Positions 46,812-55,835 of a stretch of 64,000 nt of DNA are shown piece by piece. Every line of letters starts with the position of its first letter. Within the stretch, counting starts at the first letter, position 1. The stretch covers positions 62,001 through 126,000 of the IMG/VR virus record IMGVR_UViG_3300031669_000001. One strand, 5' to 3'. Position numbers and translations under genes: made by a program. The notes below the pieces were generated by a model. The model was not told where the DNA came from. It saw nothing but the letters and a program-made list of their open reading frames with translations, and did no database searches.

Positions 46812-47898
46812 TTTGCAAGTTCTTCAGGTAAGTCATGAACCATTGACGAGCAAAGTTATTGATCGACGGCATCACTTCACGACGGTCTAAGCCGCTAGCT
46901 TCGATTGTGTCAGTCTCTTCCTTCAACACGTCGTTACCAACCAGCTTCAAGAATGCGCCAATGTTCTGAGTGCTCCGTTCAACGTTCGTCTCAATCATCT
47001 TCTCAACCATCTTTTCCAGACGGTGATCAGTACAAACATTCTCGGTAAACTCTTTGATAGAATTCACCTTCTCAATGTCAACGCTTGCGGTCTTCTTAAC
47101 CTTAGTGTCGCTGTGCTTCTCGCCTTTTACCTTGAAGATCAGGTCGTGCGTCTTAAAGTTACACTTCGAGATGCAACGCCATACTACACCTTCACCGACG
47201 CCTTCAACTCCGAACGCCTTTCCAACAGGGCACATCTTTTCTACTTCAGTCGTCAGCTCTACCAATTGATTTTGGATGAGCTCTGGGTTGGTAAAGTCAA
47301 TGTCGATAGTCCATGTTTGGAACTTTTGGATAGAGAAGATGTTACTCTCAGCGGCAGAACCTTCTGTCATCCAAAATTCATGATCAAATTGATCCTGAAC
47401 TTGAATCAGCTGTTTAGGAGAGAACCAACGAGATGTTCCACCGTCTTGACCATCTTCTGTGACAGGACCAGGAGTGTAGATCTTGATACCAAAAACGACG
47501 AAGCGCTTTGGCACTTGGCTGATAGCAACTTTCTTCATGATGCCTTTACCGCACCATTCACCGTAAATCCCAATAAGATCTCCTTGATTGATGTTGGTCA
47601 TGCCGTAAACACCAGCTGCAATGTTGAAGTAAGTGTCGATGCCTTTACCAGGAAGTTCAGAGATAAAGCGTGCGAAGCCTGCATTATCTTTTTCAACTGT
47701 AATAATCTGTTCGCGAGACTGACACCAGATTTCACCAGTGCGAGGGTCTTTCAAGACACCCGCGTTCGTTCCGTGGAGCTTCACGCTACCATTGAACTGT
47801 AGGACAGGCAGAGGTTCATCATGGAAACGCGCGCGATCGCGAACTTTCTTGACAGCGTCTCTGAATTGTTTGATTTCAGGAAATTTAACTAATTGCAT
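46801..47898 (-). CDS. ATP-dependent RNA ligase (Rnl2-like family)
   Basis: KLHGTN (motif I), IYGEWCG, FVVFGI, GEGVVW, FKVKGEKH. Confidence 0.85.
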   Translation of the reverse strand: MQLVKFPEIKQFRDAVKKVRDRARFHDEPLPVLQFNGSVKLHGTNAGVLKDPRTGEIWCQSREQIITVEKDNAGFARFISELPGKGIDTYFNIAAGVYGMTNINQGDLIGIYGEWCGKGIMKKVAISQVPKRFVVFGIKIYTPGPVTEDGQDGGTSRWFSPKQLIQVQDQFDHEFWMTEGSAAESNIFSIQKFQTWTIDIDFTNPELIQNQLVELTTEVEKMCPVGKAFGVEGVGEGVVWRCISKCNFKTHDLIFKVKGEKHSDTKVKKTASVDIEKVNSIKEFTENVCTDHRLEKMVEKMIETNVERSTQNIGAFLKLVGNDVLKEETDTIEASGLDRREVMPSINNFARQWFMTYLKNLQNVS

Positions 47899-47924
47899 AA
47901 TGTTCTTTCTCTTTAAGATGTGTA

Positions 47925-47953
47925 ATTATAACACAGTAGCCTAATTCTGTACA
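47925..47953 (-). promoter_or_regulatory. Early promoter TGTACA-17-TATAAT with GTGT extended -10
   Basis: Upstream of the RNA ligase. Confidence 0.75.
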
Positions 47954-47957
47954 CAAA

Positions 47958-47963
47958 TAAATA
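47958..47963 (+). promoter_or_regulatory. Late promoter core (AATAAATA), back-to-back with the early promoter
   Basis: Upstream of ORF 47986 with CAGGAG SD. Confidence 0.55.
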
Positions 47964-47985
47964 AAGACATCTTCAGGAGATTCCA

Positions 47986-48513
47986 ATGAAAATTATAGCG
48001 ATGCTTCTATTCCTCTTCTCAACTCTGGCATATGCAACTCCCATGCCAACAGCTGATAAACCATTTTTACGACTAGGTGGAAGTTCAGATGGTAATACTT
48101 CAATCTACATTGGAGCTTATGGTGATCTTTTACCACAAAAGCTTACTCAGCCAGGCGACAGTGACATAGTTTTAACTGGGATGACTTATCAAGATTATGC
48201 AGAACCTGGACATAAACAAGGTGAAAGTGTTGAGTTTACTGTAGTTGCTAGTTGTAGTAAGCAACTAGTAAAGGTCTTGCCTATCTGGGTGAAGTATAGT
48301 AGCGATGAACCTGGTAAATCTCGCTATAATTTATCAGGTAAAAAGTTGGCAGATAAAATAGCTTCAGAAATAAACAAAGAACCTGCTGAAGCTTTAGATC
48401 CTACATCTTTATTATTTCTATTGGTAGGATCAGGTTGTCATTATCTACACGAAGATCTTAATGTGAAGGTTAAACCAAATGTGAAGCTTATGAAGACTGA
48501 TAAGTGGATCTAG
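47986..48513 (+). CDS. Secreted/periplasmic hypothetical protein
   Basis: Signal peptide MKIIAMLLFLFSTLAYA; two Cys. Confidence 0.65.
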   Translation: MKIIAMLLFLFSTLAYATPMPTADKPFLRLGGSSDGNTSIYIGAYGDLLPQKLTQPGDSDIVLTGMTYQDYAEPGHKQGESVEFTVVASCSKQLVKVLPIWVKYSSDEPGKSRYNLSGKKLADKIASEINKEPAEALDPTSLLFLLVGSGCHYLHEDLNVKVKPNVKLMKTDKWI

Positions 48514-48991
48514 TCCAGAAGTGCATGTGACGAATCAATGGAAATGTGCCTCTTACTAACTTAGTCGTTATTCCTATCGGACGCTCAAATAAAATCACAT
48601 CATCGAGATTGTAATTGTTCGACTCGATGATGGTCTTCACAAACTCTGCAACATTCTCCCTCGACTCGCTTGGATCTTTTATCCAAATGATGAACTGATC
48701 TGTATTTTGAGGTACCATGTAGGGGAACTCATTAGCGCCTATGATGAATCTCGAATCTCCCAACCACTTCCAAACATTTTCTGCAAGTTGATTCTTATCA
48801 AGAGTCTTGTAGTAAGCTCTCATCTCATCGCTCTTCACCGGCAGCAAGATCAAATCTCTGATATGTTCACGCCACAAAATGAGATCATCAAATGTAGGGA
48901 ATCGTTCTGGTAGGATTGGGAACGCCTGTTTAAACTCAGTGCTTTCTAACACTGAAACAGGAGTCATCAAGTCGAGAATTTTATCGATCAT
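48488..48991 (-). CDS. DUF3605-like (HIT-related) protein
   Basis: ANEFPY..NTDQFIIW, ILFERP, LIRHMHFW. Confidence 0.55.
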   Translation of the reverse strand: MIDKILDLMTPVSVLESTEFKQAFPILPERFPTFDDLILWREHIRDLILLPVKSDEMRAYYKTLDKNQLAENVWKWLGDSRFIIGANEFPYMVPQNTDQFIIWIKDPSESRENVAEFVKTIIESNNYNLDDVILFERPIGITTKLVRGTFPLIRHMHFWTRSTYQSS

Positions 48992-49152
48992 TTACAGTGA
49001 GTATCGCAATGGTTCATGATACAAAAACCAAGAGCGATAGCTAAAGGTATGGCTATCCACACGCTAACCGCGTAAAAGATGCCTGTACCGACGGTAAGAG
49101 CTGCAATTTTTGCGTAGGACTGTTTACGTTTGCTGAGTTTCATCATTTTCAT
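48988..49152 (-). CDS. Small membrane protein (54 aa, not in ORF track)
   Basis: MKMMKLSKRKQSYAKIAALTVGTGIFYAVSVWIAIPLAIALGF; GAGG SD. Confidence 0.5.
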   Translation of the reverse strand: MKMMKLSKRKQSYAKIAALTVGTGIFYAVSVWIAIPLAIALGFCIMNHCDTHCK

Positions 49153-49156
49153 TTCC

Positions 49157-49495
49157 TCACCAACGATCTATAACATCAGGATCACTTTCATCAATTGGAT
49201 TTAAAAGACCTATGAAGCGGTCTTTGTTCTTTACGATCCAATCACCAACATCAACCCAACCTTCTGGGGTCTGACGAACTTCTTTTGAGTATGGATGCAT
49301 GTGTGACAACAAGTAGATTGCAACTCCGTGTGGGAATGGAATTCCAGCGTCCTCAAGTTGCTGTCTGAAGCCGTAGCACTTATCACCATGAGCACCGATG
49401 TAACCTTTACAACACATTCCAGCATCACCTCCCAATAGCTTCTCTACGAAGTCAGGGAAGTTCTTTTCGAGCCACTTGTAATGATTGACCCTCAT
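49157..49495 (-). CDS. Hypothetical protein
   Basis: Coupled ORF. Confidence 0.55.
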   Translation of the reverse strand: MRVNHYKWLEKNFPDFVEKLLGGDAGMCCKGYIGAHGDKCYGFRQQLEDAGIPFPHGVAIYLLSHMHPYSKEVRQTPEGWVDVGDWIVKNKDRFIGLLNPIDESDPDVIDRW

Positions 49496-49746
49496 CCCAT
49501 GTCCACTCCAAGAATTTCCAAATCACTTCTAATCTGATCAGAAGTTTGTTCGAATTGATCCAGTTCAATCAAGTCAGTCCCCGTTGGAAAGAATCTAAAA
49601 TAAGCTTCATTGCCATCTTCACGCATCGCCCAAATGGCTGCACCCAAGACCTGTAATTCATGCTTGCTGACTTCAAGAAGAATTGTATCTTCGTCCAGTC
49701 TGAGTGACTTTCCAAATTCATCATTAGTTGCATTGCTAAGCTTCAT
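49492..49746 (-). CDS. Hypothetical protein
   Basis: Coupled ORF. Confidence 0.5.
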   Translation of the reverse strand: MKLSNATNDEFGKSLRLDEDTILLEVSKHELQVLGAAIWAMREDGNEAYFRFFPTGTDLIELDQFEQTSDQIRSDLEILGVDMG

Positions 49747-50006
49747 CTGTTGCTCCTTGGGATCTTGCCACCCTTACGAACGATCCATACAGTGCAGCAT
49801 GGAACGATGTTGATGCAGGTGCACTTGTATTCATTTGAATGATGAACACCTATCCACCAAGCGTTCAGATTGAAGAGGAAGCCAATCGTCAGCTTCTTGG
49901 CGATCTTCTTTTGAACTTTCAAGTCTGAGCTGCTTAACTTACTAACCCTGCCATTGCCGCGATAGTCTCGCTGTTTCGACATTACATTTTGTGTGAGTAT
50001 GCTCAT
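49743..50006 (-). CDS. Hypothetical basic protein
   Basis: Coupled ORF with GGAGG SD. Confidence 0.5.
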   Translation of the reverse strand: MSILTQNVMSKQRDYRGNGRVSKLSSSDLKVQKKIAKKLTIGFLFNLNAWWIGVHHSNEYKCTCINIVPCCTVWIVRKGGKIPRSNR

Positions 50007-50470
50007 TATGCCTCCGCCTTCTTATTTTTCCGTTGTGATTTCTTGTACTCTTTGTACCAAGCTTTTGCTCTGGTCAGATCGAGTGTGCCTCTTTTAACTG
50101 GTTTAGCTTTGCCGAGACGCTTCATGATTTCTTGCCATTCAGCACCATGGTTTTGAGTATCTGCACCCCGATGATCAAACTTGTCATATTGAACGAGATG
50201 AGCAATCTCATGAGGAATGGTATCATTCAACATGTCTGCAACGTCATCCTCGAATAAAATCATGTTCAAATCGATCAACATTGAGCTGTGAGCTGCACCT
50301 GACCATGAAGGGTTAATCTTGCAAAGATCAAACGTCATCGGCACAGGTATTGGTATGTTACATCCCATCTCCCTGTTTGCAATTTCAGCGTAGACGTTTG
50401 CTACGCGCTGAGCTGCATTTTGCAGCTGCTCGGTGGTGTACATACCTTCATTGTCAAACGGCAAAATCAT
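50006..50470 (-). CDS. SprT-like zinc metalloprotease
   Basis: TIPHEIAHLV and HGAEWQEIM; start reset to MILPF (ATGA overlap). Confidence 0.85.
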   Translation of the reverse strand: MILPFDNEGMYTTEQLQNAAQRVANVYAEIANREMGCNIPIPVPMTFDLCKINPSWSGAAHSSMLIDLNMILFEDDVADMLNDTIPHEIAHLVQYDKFDHRGADTQNHGAEWQEIMKRLGKAKPVKRGTLDLTRAKAWYKEYKKSQRKNKKAEA

Positions 50471-50637
50471 GATAGCACCACTAATGGAGTAGCAGGCTTT
50501 GTTATCCAATAGATCGCACGATCTGGATCGAGGCCATTATCAAAACAGAAGTTAAAAGCTTCATCCAAGGTGGTTTTAAAGTCATGGACTTTACCGAGCT
50601 TTACTTTACATGGGAATGATTCTGTAGCTTCACTCAT
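50467..50637 (-). CDS. Small early protein (56 aa, not in ORF track)
   Basis: MSEATESFPCKVKLGKVH...; GGAGG SD; first ORF after early promoter. Confidence 0.55.
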   Translation of the reverse strand: MSEATESFPCKVKLGKVHDFKTTLDEAFNFCFDNGLDPDRAIYWITKPATPLVVLS

Positions 50638-50664
50638 GTTACCTCCAGCAAGATTTGATGTGAA

Positions 50665-50693
50665 ATTATATCACATCTGTGCGAAAAGTAAAC
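50665..50693 (-). promoter_or_regulatory. Early promoter GTTTAC-17-TATAAT with GTGA extended -10
   Basis: Matches the T4 early consensus. Confidence 0.8.
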
Positions 50694-50702
50694 TGTTTTG
50701 TG

Positions 50703-51509
50703 CTATTTTGGAGTGGAAGTGAGCTTAAACAGCGTTAAGCCAGCTACATTGGAAGGTTCGAACTCTTTAAGCTGTCTAATCATCTCTATCATCGTAGAAC
50801 CAGTTGAAAGAATATCGTCGACTACTAAGACGTTACTGTCAAGAACTTTCTCAAGCACAGTGTATGCATCTTTAAGTTCGATGAAGTTTTTGATGAACTT
50901 CAGGTATGGCTTGTAGAACTTCTTCAACTCGAGTTCACCATTCTTGATCTGATTTTTCAATGATCTCTTTAGCTCTTTAACAGAGTCAGGATTCTCCTCG
51001 GAGAACTTCTTCCAGAGGTGATGATTGGTGTTAATGAGAGGTTCTACATCTTCTGCGTTCAATGCTTTCTTTATAAATGCATCTGACAGAACTTCTGCAG
51101 TCGGATAAGCAGCGTGAATCTCATCTACAAACTGTTTGACAAGAGAGGAGCTGGATTTAGGGTAGATGATGATATCAGGCTTGATACGTTTCACTAAGAT
51201 GCCAGCTGCAGCTTTTACCTGATTCATTAGAGCTGCAAACTGCTTCTCATTTACCTTGTACGCTCCACTACCTTTGAGAGATTTTAGGATCTTAGTTGTA
51301 GTTTCAGATGATACGTAATTTAACAGAGAGTAGATGTCTGCATCGACATCCTTAACGTGCATTACATACGGCTGAGTTCTAAAGTAAGTCGAGATAGCAT
51401 CTTTTGTAGAGGCAGACTTATAATTCTGCGAAGTGATTCTAACGGAACCGCCTTCGATAGAGATATCCTCGAGGATAGTTTCTGACAGGAATTGTTTGAA
51501 AGTTATCAT
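50703..51509 (-). CDS. Phosphoribosyltransferase-fold protein with T4-like capsid-targeting sequence
   Basis: VLVVDDILSTGSTM PRPP loop; IIYPKSSS; N-term MITFKQFLSE. Confidence 0.8.
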   Translation of the reverse strand: MITFKQFLSETILEDISIEGGSVRITSQNYKSASTKDAISTYFRTQPYVMHVKDVDADIYSLLNYVSSETTTKILKSLKGSGAYKVNEKQFAALMNQVKAAAGILVKRIKPDIIIYPKSSSSLVKQFVDEIHAAYPTAEVLSDAFIKKALNAEDVEPLINTNHHLWKKFSEENPDSVKELKRSLKNQIKNGELELKKFYKPYLKFIKNFIELKDAYTVLEKVLDSNVLVVDDILSTGSTMIEMIRQLKEFEPSNVAGLTLFKLTSTPK

Positions 51510-51514
51510 GTTCT

Positions 51515-51520
51515 TATTTA
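51515..51520 (-). promoter_or_regulatory. Late promoter core (GTAAATA) 5 nt before ATG
   Basis: Directly after the sheath terminator. Confidence 0.55.
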
Positions 51521-51530
51521 CTGATCTAAG

Positions 51531-51559
51531 AAAAAAGCCCGACGTAAGCCGGGCTTTTT
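51531..51559. terminator. Rho-independent terminator after gp18 (bidirectional form)
   Basis: AAAAAGCCCG-ACGTAAGC-CGGGCTTTTT. Confidence 0.85.
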
Positions 51560-51574
51560 GAAGTTTTACTCAAC

Positions 51575-53770
51575 TTAGCCTAAAGTAGAGCCAGTAGCAA
51601 CGATGTTGATTGGGATGTAGATAAATTCTACAGACTTAGTAGGTTGAACTGCGATGTCTACCCAAAGTTGATTTGCATCAACTCTCGTTGGAGTATTGTT
51701 GCTTGAATCACAGATTACGACGTAGTCATACAGACCGCGACGAAGCAGGATGTCATTTAAGTAGTTATCGATCATTGACTTGATAGAATCTTGAGTGATA
51801 CGATCATTCAATTCGAACAGGTAAGACATTGAAGCCTTACGGATATCACGCTTGATCATAACCATCAGACGCATAACGTTTACACGGTCAAGTCCAGATG
51901 CAACAGAACCCACAGAAGTTTTCTGTCCAAATACAACGATACCTTGTCCTGGGATGAATGGAATAGGGTTAACATCTGCACCGTATTCATACAGAATATC
52001 ACGCTGACCTTGGTTAAGAGGAGTAGATACGAACGTTGTTGCTGTACCCAAAGTTCCCTTGACGTAACCAATGTCAGTAATTCCAGTAACTACACCACGA
52101 CGTAAACCTGCTGGTGGATACCAAACTTCAGACACGCTATCGCTGTAAGCGTAAGTCTTAAGCGCCACACCAGAAGCTGCACAGAACACTGACGCTCCAT
52201 CAAGATTGGTTGTGAGAGCGTTAGGGTAGTAATATGCTACGTTAGTGCTTGATTGACGTTCAATACCAATAGACCAAACTGCTGTATCTTCTGGAGTTCT
52301 ATCGAATGGGCAATCAGCGATTACAAAAGCTTCATCATTGATAGCATCATTCAAGCTCAACAGAGAGCTGATTGTTTCGTGATATCCAGGGCAAAGAATC
52401 AAGTTGTATTCGTAGATTTCTGAACGAACATCTTGGTTAGAGTTGATTTCGGCGTTGAGAGCTGCTACGATAGAAACACGTCTTGCAGCATCATTTGAAC
52501 CTAAAGGTTCAGCAAGTGAAACCTGAGTAACGTTAAATGTCCATGCATCGGCAGCTCTGAACGCGATCGTTCCACCTGTGATGGTGAATGAGACTCTAGA
52601 GTTCGCGTAAAGAACTCCTTGTGTTGCGTTTCCTTGACTACCTGAAACCGTTCCGCTAACTGCAAAAGTTGGAACTGTTACAGATCCAACCGCAACGGTA
52701 AATCCAGTTCCACCCGCAAAAGTTCCAGTTAATTGATTGCCAACAACGTAACCTGTGCCACCACCAACAAGAACAACATTCGTAACTCCACTTGTTCCTG
52801 CTGTGCTTACGTTTGTATTTGTCGCTGTGAGAGCTGTATTGATTGCACCGATAAGATCAGTTCCAGTAGAAGCAGGGATAGTTGCAACTACAGTAGAAGT
52901 TGCTCCTGTAGTTGCACTGGTAATAACAAGTGCATTGCCAACTACGCTAACAGTTCCTGTCACACCGAGTTGTGCAGTCATCAATGCCGCAAGAGATGAT
53001 AGTGTATCGACACCAGTTGCAGTAACTACGTGATCTATAGCTCCAGCTCCATTGATATTTGTAGTGAATGTAAATGGTGCGGCAGCGATTCCCAATACGG
53101 TAGATCCAGTAACAGCAGGGGTTGCGGTGAAAGCGATTGTTGCCTTACCACTTGTGATACCAGCGACGGTGATATTAGCAGTTGCACCAGTACCTGTTCC
53201 TGATACAGGAGTCAGGGAAATTCCATTGTATGTTCCGTTTGTGTAACCTTGACCAGGAACAACCGTGCTAAGAGAAACGATTCCATTTGAACCTGAATTT
53301 GCAGTAACGGTCCAAAGTTCTGCAACTGAAGTTGCCTGATTTAATACGGGAGCTGAGATAGTACCATTGCCAGTTCCACCGAATGTTGGACCGGCTGATA
53401 CATATTCAGAGGTTGTCAAGTCTGCAAGATCGACGTCAGCGCGAACAGTGTAAGCACGATTCAAGATCGTTAGAGCTTGATTTAAAGCTAGAAGACCATA
53501 TTCATTACGAGCATCACCGTGCAAAGCTGCACCAGTGTTGTCTGTTCTAAAGACGGGAACGCCGAATGTAGAAACAGATTGATTCAGTGAAGTGATCGTA
53601 CGTACAACGCTATGTTCCAGTGTACCTGTAGCTGAGGTAATCCCATCAGCCTGTACTTTATTGGCTTGCGTTGCAAGAAAGATGAGCGGCACTGTAGGAG
53701 CTGCAGCAGGTATGTAGTAACTTTCATTGACGATAGTTACTGAAACTCCAGGACTTACTAATGTTGCCAT
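51575..53770 (-). CDS. gp18: Tail sheath protein
   Basis: MATLVSPGVSV, NEYGLLA, W.PPAG.RRG, VNPI, GQKT..LDRVNV.RL, DYVVICDSSNN. Confidence 0.93.
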   Translation of the reverse strand: MATLVSPGVSVTIVNESYYIPAAAPTVPLIFLATQANKVQADGITSATGTLEHSVVRTITSLNQSVSTFGVPVFRTDNTGAALHGDARNEYGLLALNQALTILNRAYTVRADVDLADLTTSEYVSAGPTFGGTGNGTISAPVLNQATSVAELWTVTANSGSNGIVSLSTVVPGQGYTNGTYNGISLTPVSGTGTGATANITVAGITSGKATIAFTATPAVTGSTVLGIAAAPFTFTTNINGAGAIDHVVTATGVDTLSSLAALMTAQLGVTGTVSVVGNALVITSATTGATSTVVATIPASTGTDLIGAINTALTATNTNVSTAGTSGVTNVVLVGGGTGYVVGNQLTGTFAGGTGFTVAVGSVTVPTFAVSGTVSGSQGNATQGVLYANSRVSFTITGGTIAFRAADAWTFNVTQVSLAEPLGSNDAARRVSIVAALNAEINSNQDVRSEIYEYNLILCPGYHETISSLLSLNDAINDEAFVIADCPFDRTPEDTAVWSIGIERQSSTNVAYYYPNALTTNLDGASVFCAASGVALKTYAYSDSVSEVWYPPAGLRRGVVTGITDIGYVKGTLGTATTFVSTPLNQGQRDILYEYGADVNPIPFIPGQGIVVFGQKTSVGSVASGLDRVNVMRLMVMIKRDIRKASMSYLFELNDRITQDSIKSMIDNYLNDILLRRGLYDYVVICDSSNNTPTRVDANQLWVDIAVQPTKSVEFIYIPINIVATGSTLG

Positions 53771-53823
53771 TTTTATATTCTCCTAAACGATTGGAACTTG
53801 AGTTCCTCGATTCTTCATACACA

Positions 53824-53829
53824 TATTTA
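53824..53829 (-). promoter_or_regulatory. Late promoter core (CATAAATA) for gp18
   Basis: Intergenic; strong AGGAG SD downstream. Confidence 0.7.
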
Positions 53830-53871
53830 TGCATAGTGCACTTCCTGGAGATGATTTTAACGCAAATTGGT

Positions 53872-53900
53872 GTTTACTTATTTCTAGCCTGTGATATAAT
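53872..53900 (+). promoter_or_regulatory. Early promoter GTTTAC-17-TATAAT with GTGA extended -10
   Basis: Drives the plus-strand small-ORF island. Confidence 0.8.
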
Positions 53901-53918
53901 TACCTTATTGTTAATGAG

Positions 53919-54155
53919 GTGCTTCTAATGTCCGAAAAAGAACCGTTGTCACTCAATGCCAAGAACGCATATTGGAGTGCCGATAAGCCTGAAGTTATCG
54001 ATGCGTTAGAGATTCCACCAGAGAAGATGAGCAACGAACAATTGCTATTGGTCGTACGCGAATTGGATCGCAGGTTCATGCAACTTTGGGATAAAGTAAT
54101 TTTTGAACGTCAGCATAATCTGGTAGATTATGCCAAATTGAAGGGAAAGAGATGA
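53919..54155 (+). CDS. Early hypothetical protein
   Basis: First ORF after the early promoter. Confidence 0.55.
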   Translation: MLLMSEKEPLSLNAKNAYWSADKPEVIDALEIPPEKMSNEQLLLVVRELDRRFMQLWDKVIFERQHNLVDYAKLKGKR

Positions 54156-54514
54156 ATTATTGGATGAAACACCGTAGAGGAACATCTGCCAGCGCAGGAC
54201 ACTGGGAGTGGGTTTTGCTTGGTAGCTCAACGGAAGAAGACGCAAAGTCAGACGCAGAAGAGATTGCAGCCGAAATAAACAACTCCTACTACTGGTCTGA
54301 GCACCACAGGGGCGTCACATGGGAAGTAACAACAGCAGCTCCAAAACATATCGTCGAAGGCCACTTAAATTCTGCAAAGAACAGAATTGAAAAACTCAAA
54401 GCTGATGTGATTAGTCTCGAAGCGGATGTCGCAACAGCAAAAGAGTGTGTGTGCGTTGGTGAGAAAGAATATTCCTGCTACTGCATGCACTGTGGTAGAA
54501 CATTAAAACGTTAG
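54152..54514 (+). CDS. Early hypothetical protein with C-terminal Cys cluster
   Basis: CVCV..YSCYCMHCG. Confidence 0.55.
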   Translation: MNYWMKHRRGTSASAGHWEWVLLGSSTEEDAKSDAEEIAAEINNSYYWSEHHRGVTWEVTTAAPKHIVEGHLNSAKNRIEKLKADVISLEADVATAKECVCVGEKEYSCYCMHCGRTLKR

Positions 54515-54522
54515 GATCAATA

Positions 54523-54747
54523 ATGAGCTATCAAGATTTAGCGCCGGAAGAAAAATTCATCTATGATTGGCAGCATGACATGCTTGGAGGATTTTCATCA
54601 AATCTCATGGCTGCAATCATGGCTGCCGATTCATATAACCTTCATCGTTTAGCAGCTGGATTTCCAACTGAAGTAAACGGCTACATACAATTTACAAGAG
54701 TTGAAGGTTGGTGGGAATCAGTTCAAGAGAAAGTAAAATCTAAATGA
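54523..54747 (+). CDS. Early hypothetical protein
   Basis: GGFSSNLMAAIMAAD..NLHRLAAGFP. Confidence 0.55.
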   Translation: MSYQDLAPEEKFIYDWQHDMLGGFSSNLMAAIMAADSYNLHRLAAGFPTEVNGYIQFTRVEGWWESVQEKVKSK

Positions 54748-55097
54748 GCTCAAAACTACGGAAAGTTTCAAAGTACTTCACAGGCCTAGCCCCTAAAAGA
54801 GGTTGTGTGAAGCAATTCAAAGCTATCGACGCGGAGATCAGAGAGCTGAATGCCAATCTGACTCACTTCATCATTCAAGACGTTGCTAGCTTTTCTTGCG
54901 GTAATATCACTCACAACGCCGACGAAACAAAGGCAAAGATCGCTGCAAAAATGATAGAACTTCAAGAATTTGCTTTGACAGAGGATGAACAGTTTTGGCA
55001 AGAAGAAAAGCGTTACGCAGCCGAGCAGCGAAAGCTACACAGCCTTTCATCCATGAACGACATTTCTGATGCTATACTGGGATTTACAAGGAGATAA
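54744..55097 (+). CDS. Early hypothetical protein
   Basis: ATGA-coupled. Confidence 0.55.
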   Translation: MSSKLRKVSKYFTGLAPKRGCVKQFKAIDAEIRELNANLTHFIIQDVASFSCGNITHNADETKAKIAAKMIELQEFALTEDEQFWQEEKRYAAEQRKLHSLSSMNDISDAILGFTRR

Positions 55098-55098
55098 T

Positions 55099-55389
55099 AT
55101 GAGTAGACGATTTGTTAACGGATTCTTGACACTATTCAATCTGACAAAGCAGAAGGTTCAGCCGCAGAGCGAGCGTAATAAAGAGCTCGAAGCCAACAGG
55201 CCTAAAAATGCTCCTTATATCACAGCACTCAAAAGATTCCCAGAATATGAGGGACGAGTCTTCTACTCACAACGTGAGATGAGTAGTCTGAGACACTCTG
55301 AAGCTGTTCTGAATGGACGAAGGAAAAGAAATGTTTGTGACCGTTCTGTAGATCGTTGGGATGTCTTTGGCTGGCCAAGTCAAAGATGA
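55099..55389 (+). CDS. Early hypothetical basic protein
   Basis: AAGGAG SD before MSRRFV. Confidence 0.55.
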   Translation: MSRRFVNGFLTLFNLTKQKVQPQSERNKELEANRPKNAPYITALKRFPEYEGRVFYSQREMSSLRHSEAVLNGRRKRNVCDRSVDRWDVFGWPSQR

Positions 55390-55832
55390 GTGACATTGGA
55401 ATAAAATTATCAAGATTTGGACGTTGGTGGTCAAGTAACGGTGTAACATACACTGGAATACTTTCTCCTCAAGAATTATTTGGATGCTGTGTACTTAACA
55501 TTCCGCAATATTGGAGAAGAATTCATACAGTTATAGATCCAGAGAACTATCCAATTCCACTCATGGGAGGTGGAGTTTTTGTCCCCATGCAATTAGTGAG
55601 TCCAAAAGATAGAAATAGAAGAATTGCAAATTTAAACAATTTTTGTTTAAAATGGACAGTTAGAGCTCAAATTATACAGCCTATTTTTGTTGGGATTATT
55701 AGTATCTTAACATTTGAAATATTCAGAACTATATGGGAGTTGAATGATCTGATTATCATTTTCCCTTTAATTGGAGTGATTACGATATTATCAGGTTATA
55801 TGTTAGGGATATTGACAGATAGATCTCAATAG
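55386..55832 (+). CDS. Membrane protein (two C-terminal helices)
   Basis: ATGA-coupled start MSDIG; hydrophobic C-terminus; AT-rich. Confidence 0.55.
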   Translation: MSDIGIKLSRFGRWWSSNGVTYTGILSPQELFGCCVLNIPQYWRRIHTVIDPENYPIPLMGGGVFVPMQLVSPKDRNRRIANLNNFCLKWTVRAQIIQPIFVGIISILTFEIFRTIWELNDLIIIFPLIGVITILSGYMLGILTDRSQ

Positions 55833-55835
55833 AAA

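Noticed and set aside
47023-47802. 259-aa plus-strand ORF antisense to the RNA ligase
   Set aside because: Fully nested opposite a motif-complete ligase; no recognisable domain or expression signals.
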